From Octopus bimaculoides (Eukaryota): a DNA stretch of 64,000 bases. The stretch's first letter is position 1. Every line of letters begins with the position of its first letter. The DNA is taken from NCBI RefSeq assembly GCF_001194135.2, contig NC_068982.1, positions 121,809,479-121,873,478 of the forward strand. Direction: 5' to 3'. Positions 48,470-59,969 of this stretch are shown one piece after another. The translations under genes and the position numbers were made by a program. Under the pieces are notes generated by a model. It was not told the origin of the DNA and ran no database searches. It saw nothing but the letters and a program-made list of their open reading frames with translations.

Positions 48470-49020
48470 ATATGACCCATAAATGGTTTGCTGTATCTGA
48501 ACTTAAATCAGAAACTGAAGGCATCATTATAGCAGCATCAGGATCAGTGTCTGGCCCGCCAGAAACGACCAAAGCAGCATTCTTGAAAATTGTGCTGATC
48601 CTGCCTGTCGTTTTTGTGAGAGAACCAGAGAAACATTTAACCACCTCATTTTTGGATGCTCTATGTTGGCGCCAAATGATTGCATTAATCAACATGATAC
48701 ACTAAGTCAATATTTATACTGGATAATATGCCTTAAGTTTGGACTCTTGTATGGGAAGAACTGGCGGGAACATAAGCCTGCCAAAGTAATAGAAAATAAA
48801 GATATCACCGTTCTTTGGGACTTTAGTATTCAAACTGACTGAGCTATTCAGGTCAATAGACTAGATATTGTAGTAAAAAATCATATTGACAAAAGATGTT
48901 TGTTCATAGATATGTCAATCGCAGCAGACTGCAACACTTCTGTAAAAGCATTTGAAAAACCGAAGTACTTTGAAAGTCGAAGAACTTTGAAAGTCGAAGA
49001 ACTTTGACAGAGATGTCTCA
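48470..49020 (+). mobile_element. R4/Dong-like RLE LINE fragment (different subfamily)
   Basis: LKSETEGIIIAA.QDQ, CRFCER..ETFNHLIFGCSML...HD, VLWDFSIQTD...NRLDIVV...LFIDMSI. Confidence 0.8.
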
Positions 49021-49099
49021 AAAATGTGGTAAGCTGCAAGCCAACAGACTTGTAAGATTTATCTTTTCTCGTGCCATCGCCTCGTTTTCCTTTGGAATG

Positions 49100-49665
49100 A
49101 AACCTACTACTTGCGCTTCCGTGGTGTCTGATACTATAACTGCAATGTCATCAGCAAACACCGACACAACTCTCTCTCATCCCTGCTTGAAAGGGATGCC
49201 CCTGAAAAGTTCTATTTTTCGCAACAATGGCTCAAGAGCCAGTACATATAAAAGAGTTGAAGGAGAATGCTCTTGACAGATTGAGTGCGCGATATGAAAC
49301 GGTTCGACCCTATCAAATGCTTTCGAATGATCCAAACTGAACAAGGCCTCACCAGCGCTAGATTTGTTTCCCTTTCCCTTTCCCTTGACAGTGTTTCGCA
49401 TGAGATGGGGGTTGTCAAAGATGGCTCTATTGAGGATCGCACACGGTTTTTGCTTTCCCAATCGGACCACCTTACAACACATTCCAACTTGTTTGCTAAT
49501 ACCGCGGCCAAAATTTTAAAAACTTTGCAATTAACAGGATTATGGGCCGCAAATTATTTATATCGGCGTCATTTCTCAGCAACGTCAACAAGCCCCTGCT
49601 CACAGAACTGGGAATTTCTCCACCATCCCATAAAAGAAAATCCCATTTTATCCGCAATATCTAAC
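49100..49665 (-). mobile_element. L1/Tx1-clade LINE RT fragment
   Basis: AAVLANKL..VV, SLDHSKAFDRVE, SPSTLLYVLALEPLLRKI, VSVFADDIAVIV. Confidence 0.8.
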
Positions 49666-49670
49666 CACTA

Positions 49671-50916
49671 TATGAGGTGATATCAAAAGGCTCCAGGACT
49701 AGTTATTCCTGATACAAAATAACTTATTTACCCAAGTTTTAACATCATTCCCTTCGAAATAGTTACCTTGTGCACCAATACACAGGTTCCAGCGCTCCTA
49801 CCACTTTTGGAATCCGGCCCGGAAGTCCTTTTCCGTAAGGAAGTCGAGGACCTTCTTCGATTCGCTGTGGATTTCCACAGCAGTGTTAAGACGGTGACTT
49901 TTGAACTGCATCTTCAGCTTGGGGAAGAGATGAAAGTCTGCGGGTGCTAGATCTGGCGAAAAGGGCGGGTGCGGAAGCGATACCATGTTTTTGGCGCGAA
50001 ACTCACGAGTGGGGAGAGCTCGGAGGCAAGTTGCATTGTGATCGTGAAGAATCCAATTCCTTGCGCTCCACAGATCCGGTCGCCTTTGCCGAATGCCCCC
50101 CCCCCCCACCTACAACGTTTCAAAACATTGTAGAATAACTCTTGATTGACGGTCTGGCTCTGGGGAGACGAATTCTTGATGCACAATACCACGGATGTCG
50201 AGAAAAACGATGAGCATGCACTTGATTGAGCTGCGGCTCTGTCACGCCTTCTTCAGCCATGGCGATGAAGGCTTCTTCCATTGTGACGGCTGCTGCTTCG
50301 TCTCAGTGTCGTACCCGTAGACCCAACTCGTGTCATCGGTGATGATCCTCGACATGAAGGACGGATCATCAGCGGCACTCTGATGGAGATCTTCACAGAC
50401 TTCGCCACGATGTTCTTTCTGCTCAGTGGTCAGCAACTTGATAGAGACACACCACAACTTGGTAGAGACACACCTTCAACGATCCTCATGAACAAGCTGA
50501 TGAATTTTCTCCACATTTCAGGGGGCTGCACTCATGACAGCTCTTCCAGATCGCTCATCGTCTTCCAGGGACGTTCTTCCGCTTTTGAAACGCTCGTGTC
50601 ACCCGAAACATTGCGTATGACACACAACCTCGTCACCGCAAATGTGCTGAAGCATGCTCACTGTCTCAATAGCAGGCTTTCCAAGTTTAACGCAAATTTT
50701 CAAGTTGGATCTTTGTTCTAGCTTCCTGTCCATGACAAGATTGCAGAGTACAGCATACACGTGATCACAAAAACATAAATTTCACTCACAAATTGTTAAG
50801 TAAATACAGCGATGTCACTCCGCACACTGCTAGCTCTCACTGCGCATGCAACCGTGTGCTGTCATCTGTTGGCGCGTTACAGAACTTGTTCTAGGACTCT
50901 TTGATACTAACGCGTG
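49671..50916 (-). mobile_element. Near full-length decayed mariner (DD34D) element
   Basis: Imperfect TIRs tatgaggtgatatcaaaaggctccaggactagtt and aacttgttctaggactctttgatactaacgcgtg; ORFs IITDDTSWVYGYDTETKQQPSQW, WILHHDNA, HPPFSPDLAPADFHLFPKLK. Confidence 0.9.
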
Positions 50917-53269
50917 CATATATCCTAACTCTGAAAGCTAACACCGCTAATAGACACCCATTATAATAAAGACTCCATATTTTTAATTCTCATTCTTATT
51001 CTTATTTCAATCTTTACTTATCTTCTATGACCACTGGCAAAACAACAACATCCATCCCAATTTTAGATGATAACGTGACAACGCCAGATGACTACAACCT
51101 GCCAGGCATGCATTCACACGCAAATATTTCCTTGAGTAAATATCAAAAGATAAAATTCTAAAGAAGTTCCATTTTTCGCTCTCCCTCTCGCTCTCCCTCT
51201 CCCTCTCACTCTATCTATCTATCTATCTCATGCACACACACATTCACACACCACACACTCACACGTGCACACATACACACAGATATATTTTCCCAAACGA
51301 AAAATAAAATCTCATAAAAGAACAGACGTTTTATCACTCACAAAATAATCTCCCAGTTCTCTTAGTTGTGAAAAGAACCATTTGTCGGGAATAGCTAATG
51401 GATATGTCTTTAATATCTTTTTCCCATTGTGAACAACTTTTCGCAAAACATTTATTTAAAACTTTACACTCACACAAGAAGAAAAAAAAACACCCTGTCA
51501 CTCACTCAGGAACAAATCCTTAAAAATATTTATAACACACCATCTCAACATTACAAAAATAAAATAAACAACTAATGACGGGGCCGACAAAGCGCCACCC
51601 AATCAATAAACCGTAAAGCTAACTAACGAACAAACACAACACTAGATCAAAAGATATAAATCCACGACCAATACAGTTCTCGCCTCAACACTGCTGTGGC
51701 ATGAAACTCGACTCGCGAAGCAAAGTCTCATTTCAGTTTCAATAAAAAAAAATTCACATGCTCTACTATATGTATTGAGCCCTTCTTCCAGCTTTTCAAC
51801 AGAAACCTATGTACACATACATATGTATGTATGTATGTGTCTACATACTGACGTACATATTAACACAAGCACACACACACATATGTATGTGTAAATATGT
51901 ATGTGCATGTGCCTATATACGTAGATGGGTGTGTTATACACATATGCACAGACTTGAACAAAATTATGTGTCACTCAAAATTCCTCATCTTACTGTCTCG
52001 CGTTTTTGTATAAGTGTATAAGTGTGTGTCTATGTAGGTATGTATATCATACAACATACATATATATATAGCTACCCCATACCTATTTTCGCGTATCTTA
52101 TTTTCTTCCTTCCTTTTTCTTTTATTCTGTGCGTATACACACACACACACATATTCATAACTTATCAATATATTTCAAAGTAAATATGTACACACATGCA
52201 CTACCAAATGCATACGCATGCCTGTATCCATTTGCCGCATGTCAGCATGTTTTACTATAGTACAAATGAAATTACCCACAGGTCAATGTTTTTTGAAATT
52301 ATATAAAAACGTTTGATGGTTCTTTGGTAATTTGTTGCAGCGGCTTAAAGACGGAGAGTACGTTGAAGGCTGACTCCATTATAATGAACTTCTTCAGAAC
52401 TTCATATTTAATTCAACTTTAAGAAGAAAATTGCAGTTAGCATCCTTAAATAATTACAAATTCTTTAAATTAGTGTAAACTAAATCAGAATAACAGATTT
52501 GAATTACAGAATTGTAAAAACAAAAAAAAAAAAAAAAAAAAAAAAAATAGAAACACAAAAAACATAAACCATAACTTTTACTATTATTAATCTAATTTAA
52601 AATTATTTCCAAAAGATTTTTTTTTAACTAATAATTGATAAAGAAATAAGTTGAAAAATCACTTAGTAAATGAATAATTTCTTTACGTCACTTACTAGAA
52701 TTATAGGTTTGATTTATTATAACTTTAGTATCAATTTAAACCGGAAATCTCACTTGCATCTTGGAATCAATCTTGCTTATACTGATATCTCTTTTAATTG
52801 TATTTAACTCTGTTTTATGCAACCAAGAATTTATCAACATCTGGTAATGTTTACCAACACCGACAACTTGAACATTTTTACAATTCTTTAGTTTTCCAGA
52901 AAGCCACAAGCAAATCCTGTTAATTTAAAATCTTTCAGCAGTAACCGGGAACCATAACTACACTTACAGTACCTAGAATCGCCATTGTCTCATTAAGGTC
53001 ACTGAAAAATGTTTTGTGGAATTATATTGTCTCTTGCGTCCAGTTTGGTGATTGCAGCTCTTATGATCGAGAAAAAAATCGTTTGATTTGGGTTCAATAA
53101 AAGAATTTGATTTATACATCGGACAGGTAACTACCTTTTTCATCACTTCTACCTCTACTTCAATATATATTGGGAGATAGGGCATATANNNNNNNNNNNN
53201 NNNNNNNNATATATCCCCTTCTTCGTACCTCTCCTGTCTGACCACCTCTGTTCGGCCATTGCCATAATT

Positions 53270-53455
53270 GACCGCTAGCGACTAAAGCTTTTTTTATACT
53301 CTGTCTGTTTATTTTTTCGTGTTCCTTTCTGTTGAAGAGCGTAGGCTCGAAACGTAAAAGACTTTCTCACCTTCCCGAGCGTTAAACTAATACACCTGTT
53401 TGTTGTTTACACACCTTTCTTCGTTTTTTGTTTTTTTGTAAATTCCAACTATATA
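53270..53455 (+). mobile_element. PLE terminal repeat with hammerhead-like motif at 53325-53360; degenerate copy at ~23040-23190
   Basis: CTTT-CTGTTGA-A-GAGC-gtag-GCTC-GAAACGTA-AAAG, then actaatacacctgtttgttg..gtaaattccaactat, shared with the 23060 copy. Confidence 0.55.
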
Positions 53456-53859
53456 AATGCGCGCGCGTGCGTGTAAATGCATATATATGTGTTGTTGAAC
53501 CTAAGACATTGTTTGTCTAATGTGGTCCTGCTGTACATGGTTAAAAGATGCCCCCTTTTAGAATGATATAAGCATGCCTCCTCGTTTAATACCACATTCT
53601 GGCTCATATCTTTTTTGACAGAGTTCGCTCTGTTGTATACATTCGGTCGGGGTTTACTGTTACCTTTCAGTTCATTGAACCCCTCTGCACTTCCCTAAAT
53701 GTCAAAGACTAAAAGACATGCAATTCTCCCTCCTCTTTTGCAGCATCAATGGAGTCCAGTCTTACCTAGACCCCATACATCACTTCTTGTTGACACGGAA
53801 ACAACATATCTTATTCTTCTCCGCAACAAATCTTTTGGGTTTTATCTACAGTGTATCTC

Positions 53860-54330
53860 TTTAGTCCTGGCTACACGCATTACTCAAACTTAACTCCGAA
53901 AGATGGTGTTTGTGCATGTATAGACGCCACTCAGCTCTCTCGTCCGGATTATCAGCAACAAAGAGTTCTTATTACTCTGTTTCAAAGTTTACCCACCTTC
54001 GCTCACGCACTCACTCCTCCAAATACATCAGTTTTATACACTCCAAATTATTCCGTCCACCAATATTTACCGTGCTTCTTACATCGATGACTTATATTTC
54101 AATTTTTTGAAGTCATCGTCATTGGTGATTTTAATATTCTCAATCCTTTATAGAGCTCTTATTCATCTCTTTCTGGTGCGGTAATCTTCAACGCTCTACA
54201 TCAACTACTTTCATCCTTTACACGCCTCTTTGACCGACACAGAAACATTCCTAGCACTCGATGTATTTTCACTTCTGTAGTATCTCACTTATCGGTTCGT
54301 TCGACCACTGACTTACTACGACTGCGCATC
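53860..54330 (+). mobile_element. Apurinic-endonuclease remnant of a non-LTR retrotransposon
   Basis: Broken frames with DGVCACI, VIVIGDFNI and GSFDH motifs in APE order. Confidence 0.45.
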
Positions 54331-54739
54331 ATACACCCACAGACCAAACAACGCCCTACTTGGTCAAAATTCCCCCAATTCTCTACTATAAAGCTTCCAC
54401 ATATATCCTGTCCCCTTTGAATTTAAAACTACATTTTAGCCAAGTTGTAAATCTTCTCTAAAGCTATCCCATTCCACTACAGATCTCTTACATGCCTGGT
54501 GCAGAAATACTTCCAGTCACTTCAAAGCATTAAGGCTACCGGCCATGGCAATGTCTCTTCCATTACCCTCAAACAATACACACTCAGATCTGGCTCCCAA
54601 CCTTACCAGTTTCTCTCTTTCTTTTTCTTTTCTTCACTCACTCACTCAGTGTTTATATTCCGATCTTTGGAAACACTACACTTTGTTTCATTCCCAGGAA
54701 GACTTAGCTCTCTAAATCACTAGCTACCAAGCTATCGCA

Positions 54740-55080
54740 GCAACCCTGCATTCTACCGCCCCCTGCCCTCTGACTCCACCCCAGCTACCAACAGCGCGTG
54801 TCCTCCACCTTCCACAAACTCGTCCCTTCCTCCTTCACCTTCACCACCAACCCCATTGTCCAAACACCTCGAACTTTACCATCCACGTCATCTCCAAGAT
54901 TCATAATCCCAACAGACCCATCTGCCCCAGCGTGCAGCACCCCAGCTGAATTCATTACCAAATTCTTGAACTCCTTTAATTGTTTACCTCTCGTACTACA
55001 TCCATGACACCAACCATGTTCTTCGAAGATTCGATTCTTTTTTTTTTCTTGTCCCTGCCAGCTTCCTATTCACCAAAGAC
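54740..55080 (+). mobile_element. Penelope-like RT fragment (Neptune-type)
   Basis: SNPAFYRPLPSD...IVQTPRT...PKIHNPNRP...PAEFITKFLNS, cf. the PLE motif PKIHK.N.PGRPI.S..S.PTE.IS..LD. Confidence 0.6.
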
Positions 55081-56317
55081 ATTAAATCAAGCTATATTTA
55101 GCAAAATAAAATAAAATATTTTGCAAGGCCAGCTATCATCAGCGGAAAAGCCAAGATTAACATATAAACACGAGGCACTAGATAGAAACATGACTTGTGC
55201 TTATATACTATAATTTTTCAAAATCTCCCGCGCATGTGCGGTTTTTCTTATCGGCAGCAAATACAAAAACAAAATGCCGATTTACTTCCAGAAATTAGTC
55301 AAAAAACATTTTATCATTATTAATAAATCTGAGGGTAGCAAAAAAAAATTTAGAAATTCTATTTGCTACCAGTGGTCTAGCGAGAAGAAAAATTTAGTTA
55401 ATAGACTATAAATTATTCATTTAAATACATCAGAGATGTCCATAATAGGACGTCTAATCCGCTAGAAGGAGCAGTCAAAACTCCACACCACAATTAGGGA
55501 TAATTTCGAAAGGGAATGAAAAATAAAAACATTTACTATCTATTTTAGATGTCCTATCATGTCCCTTGCTTGCCTCCTTTGTACCTTTCTCTTCTCTCTC
55601 TGTCTCCCTTTCTTTCTATTTTCTATCTTTCCGTCCCCCTCTTACTCTATTTTTTCTCCACTCTTACTCTATCTTTTCTTCACTCTTACCCTCTCTTTCC
55701 GCCCTTCCTTGTCTCCCTTGTACCATTCTTTTCTCTTTCTTTTACTCAGTTTCTCCACTCGCTCTGCACCTTCCTCCTCTCCCCTCTCTCTCTCCCTCTC
55801 TGTATACCATTCTTTCTCTTTCCCTATATATATATATATTTATATATANNNNNNNNNNCTACGTCCATTAGAACTTCATTTCACTCTGCGCTACCCCACT
55901 AAGTTCGTTTGATAGTTGCAAAGCTCTTTCTGTTGTATTTGTGGTATTTATATAAATTATTATCATATTTTTTCTTCTGTTGTATAAGGCTTCGTGTTGT
56001 TATATATGCATAATTTTTCGTCTGTTGTATCTATATAATGTGTTGTTTGTTTTTGTCTCAGTATACATTCGCTAGCTTTTTCCCAGTAGCTTAATAACAG
56101 CACTGGCGCCTCCAGGATTGAATGGTCTCAATGATAATGGCGCGAAACCACAATGATATGTTGGTTCATTGACTGAGGAGGAAATCTCAGCTACGAATAT
56201 TCCCTGTATCGTGTCTTTGTCTATATTCCCCGTCCGTTAAGTTTTCGTCTAGATTCTCGTTTGCTCTGTTTTCGTCTAACTTTTTCTCTTTGTTGTGTTC
56301 TGTCTGTTCAACCCTTG

Positions 56318-56374
<57 letters not shown>

Positions 56375-56417
56375 GAATGCGATGGGTAAATTGTCACCAT
56401 TTTATATTTTTTAATAT

Positions 56418-56429
56418 CGCGCATGCGCA
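56418..56429. promoter_or_regulatory. NRF1-type palindrome CGCGCATGCGCA (second imperfect copy at 55229-55240)
   Basis: Matches the GCGCATGCGC core in unique, non-repeat sequence; followed by a possible first-exon donor ttt|gtgagt at 56568/56569. Confidence 0.35.
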
Positions 56430-56619
56430 TTGTTTGTTTTTGATTTTGTCGACTACACAGTATAGTAGTGGCAGTTGGACACTGTCTATGAGAAAAAAAC
56501 AGTACCGTGACGCAATTCACTCAGCCAGAAATCCTAGTATATCCAGTGACTACATATAAAAGTTCTTTGTGAGTCTGTTTGGAGAGCTTTGATATCGGTG
56601 AAGTGGTTAACATGATAAC

Positions 56620-57420
56620 ATTGCAGAAGACAGAGAAATCAAGCTGATAGATTGACAGAGAAGAGAAAGGGCTAAACGATGAAAGTTTAACAGAAGACAG
56701 GCTAAATCAGAGAGAGAAGGTTAGATGACAGGATGACAGAGAAAGGACTAACTGTTGATTGGTTGACCAGAGACAGAGAAGGGATTAAGATTGTAATAGA
56801 TCTACAAGAGACAAAGAAAGTACTACACTACGATAGCTTAACAAAGGACAGAAACGACTAGATATTGAGAGTTTGACAAGGGACAGATAATAACAGGTAG
56901 ACAGGGGACTGAGAGGGCTTAGTGACATGTTGGCAGGGTAAACAGAGAAGGCTAGATAGTAGACCAACAAGAGACAGAAAGGATATAATGTCAGATTAAT
57001 ATGTGTGACATGTGACAGAGTTTATTGATAGACTGACAAAGGACACTGTGCAAGTTAGATGATGAAAAGCCAACAGGAGACATAAAGATGGGTAGATGAT
57101 GATAAGTTGACAGGGGACAGAAAGACGGCTGATGACAAGTAGGCAGAGGATATACAGGACTAGATTACTGGTTGACAGGGTGCAACCTAGAGTACTTAAC
57201 AAGTTGACATAGTACACAGAGAGGGTTAAATGATGATGGGTTCATGGGGAACAAATGACCAGATGATGACAGGTTGATAAGGGACAGGGAGGGCTGTGTG
57301 ATAGGAATATACAGAGAAAGGAGAGAGAAAGCAAAAGAGAGAGAGATTACGGATTGACAGGGGATAAAGAGGACTAGATGAAAGCTTGACATAAATAGAA
57401 AGAAGAAAGGAAGCATCTAG
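56620..57420. repeat. Purine-rich degenerate (GACAG/GATAG)-type low-complexity tract
   Basis: Recurrent gacag/gatag/agag words with strong strand asymmetry. Confidence 0.6.
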
Positions 57421-58269
57421 TTGACAAAGAGGCTGAATACTGAGATCATGTGGTAAGATATGAGTAGTTAGCAGTGGTCATTTTTAACCCCAGGTTAGTT
57501 CTGATCCAAAAGACCTATAACCACACATGTGGCCATCCCATTTTATTTAGACACATTGCATATAGGAGTACATTACATAAGTATCATTGCTTTTTGAAGA
57601 TAATAGGATGTGATATGAAATTTTGGCTGCAGTTTCCAAGACAGACTGATTGATTGCAAAGATGATCCCACATTAGTTCAAGGTAAAAATTGTCATGTAA
57701 CAAGAGATCAAATGGTTAGCTAATGTGTAAAAGGTTGTCATTATCCTTTTACAACATTACCTAGGAGCTGAGTGGATAAAGTTGTCATCTAACAAGATCA
57801 AGTTACCAGTGATGAGAAATATGACAGAAGTATAGCCAGATGACTGAATAGCAATATCAGAGTGGTACATTCAAATCCTGTTAACAGTTGGTTTTGCCCT
57901 TCATTTTTCAGGTTCCAGAATTCTGTAAAATAAATATACTAGGTTATATAACTGATATTATACAGTGTAATGAAATCACCACAAAACAAGGTTATAGCTT
58001 CCTTCTTTGAAGACTAAATGAAATGTAATGGACTTAGAAATTGAAATTTCAGGAGCAAAATATGAAGTTTTCTATCAAGAGAGAGAATGCTGTATGGTAA
58101 AAAATTGTTTAATAGTGAGAAAATGATTTTCAATATTGTTGCTAAACTACACATTATATTGGAGTGACATGTAGCTGATAAAATTCCAGTACATAACCAG
58201 AAGGATAAAATGTAAAATCAATCTCAATAAGATTTGAAATTTGATAATAATCCTTTCTACTGTTGGCAA

Positions 58270-58455
58270 AAGACCTAAAATTTCAGGGGAGGGCTTAAGT
58301 CAATTACATCGACCCTAGTGCTCAACTGGTACTTATTTTATTGACCCCAAAAGGATGAAAGGCAAAGTCAACCCCAACAGAATTTGAACTCAGAACAGAA
58401 AGACGGACGAAATGCCACTAAGTATTTTGCCCGGTGTGCTAATGATTCTTCCAGC
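58270..58455 (-). mobile_element. tRNA-derived SINE (Nin/Inv-like family), least diverged copy
   Basis: caattacatcgaccctagtgctcaactggtacttattttattgaccccaaaaggatgaaaggcaaagtcaacc..gaatttgaactcagaac..ccggtgtgctaatgattcttccagc. Confidence 0.8.
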
Positions 58456-58709
58456 AAAGTCAATTCACAACTAACACAGTACAATACTATTGCTACTACT
58501 ACTACTACTACTGCTACTGCTGCTGTTGCTGCTAGCATTACTGCCACTTCTCCAAGTAGAATTGTCTCAGAGACCCTATTTACCTTACATTTCACAAAAG
58601 CAAAGACATTTGTGCTATAAAAAATGTTAGCGGTTAGTTTTCTATGGTTCTAATCTTTGTTTTTGTTTATTTTTTATATGACATTTTTGATTTCTCTTGA
58701 GTATTGTAG

Positions 58710-58875
58710 ATCGTAATAAAGGTCTGGTTCATTCATTGCAGACTCCTGGAACATGGTTTGAATTGGCCCATTCTATTATTTTTGGTCACATTGGAGAGAA
58801 AGGAAAGAACACACACAAATTAAGTATCACAACTGATGAAGGTGGACTTCCAAGTTTTATCTATCAATACGATGA
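58710..58875 (+). other. Candidate exon of an unidentified + strand transcript (54 open codons)
   Basis: Pyrimidine-rich acceptor ending attgtag| and donor GA|gtaggt; frame (D)RNKGLVHSLQTPGTWFELAHSIIFGHIGEKGKNTHKLSITTDEGGLPSFIYQYD; no family recognised. Confidence 0.35.
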
Positions 58876-59029
58876 GTAGGTATAGCATTCTGAAAGTGAG
58901 ACAGGTAGTATTACTTTGGCTACAGACATAGTTATGGTAGAGAAATATTTTAGTATGGCTGCAACACTAGACAACAGAGTATTACTTCACACAACATTAC
59001 ATGAGCTGTCTTAATCACCACACTTCGCT

Positions 59030-59400
59030 AATTGTCCTTTTATCTTACCAATTGTCCTTTGTATCTTACCATTTGTAATATTACATTACATTACACCACA
59101 CCAGCTGCCCTATTAAACTACATCAGCTGTTCTATTAAACCATGCCAGTTATTCTATCAAACCTCACCATACCAATTGTCCTATTACAACACTGCAACTG
59201 TCCTATTACAGCACACTAGTTGTCCTATTACTCTACACAGTCACACATCTGTTGTCTTATTATGCCACATCAGACCAGCTCTCTCATAATAGCAATGCAC
59301 AAGTCTCTCTACACCATACCAACTGCCCTATTACAACACATCAGCTGTCTTATTACAGCACACCACAATATTTGTCCTCTTATACTATGCTACATTTTAT
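59030..59400. repeat. Degenerate ~22-25-bp minisatellite
   Basis: Recurrent cacaccagctg(t/c)cctatta units. Confidence 0.65.
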
Positions 59401-59722
59401 ACATCCAGTTATCTTTCAGATTCACATTACATATCTAGTCAATAATACACAACACCAAAGTAAATAATTTGTGTTGATTAACAGAAATACAAGATAAATG
59501 GATTAGAAGTCAATGTAATCACATTCTCTTCCTCTTTACCTATCTCCGCATTAGATTATTACATTTGAATAGAATAATGACTGTTTACGAGCACCTAAAA
59601 TCTCATTTCTCCAAGAGATATGTTCGATGAAAAGTTTTGAACATTAGATCTATTAGTTATTGTTAATCTTGTATCTTAACAGTATTCCTTTTCTAAATCT
59701 ATGTTATTTTTGCTACTTTCAG

Positions 59723-59823
59723 CAACAAGTGAAACATTTCAGGTGCATCTATTGGATGTATATGACCTCACTGTTGTAATTATCGCAATGGATATTCTGT
59801 GACTAAGAGACCTTGGAATACAA
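59723..59823 (+). other. Candidate exon, phase-compatible with 58710-58875, with two in-frame TGA codons
   Basis: ttttgctactttcag| ... CAA|gtaaga; 101 nt = 1+33 codons+1; NK*NISGASIGCI*PHCCNYRNGYSVTKRPWNT. Confidence 0.3.
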
Positions 59824-59969
59824 GTAAGAGATCAGATATTATGTTGAATGAAACTAATATTTTGTCCAAAGATTACTAGGCCAATGTGAGTGAAGAGTGA
59901 AATTGTCATTTAAAGCTTATATTCTTGTAATTCAACCCACATCTCGATATTTGACTTAATTTTTCATAT

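Noticed and set aside
53860-55080. Chimeric element with an APE endonuclease upstream of a Penelope RT
   Set aside because: Both parts are heavily decayed and separated by ~400 bp without a continuous frame; adjacent unrelated fragments are the simpler explanation.
56125-56180. Box C/D snoRNA (atgataa ... ctga)
   Set aside because: Imperfect C box, only a 3-bp terminal stem and no recognisable rRNA guide complement.
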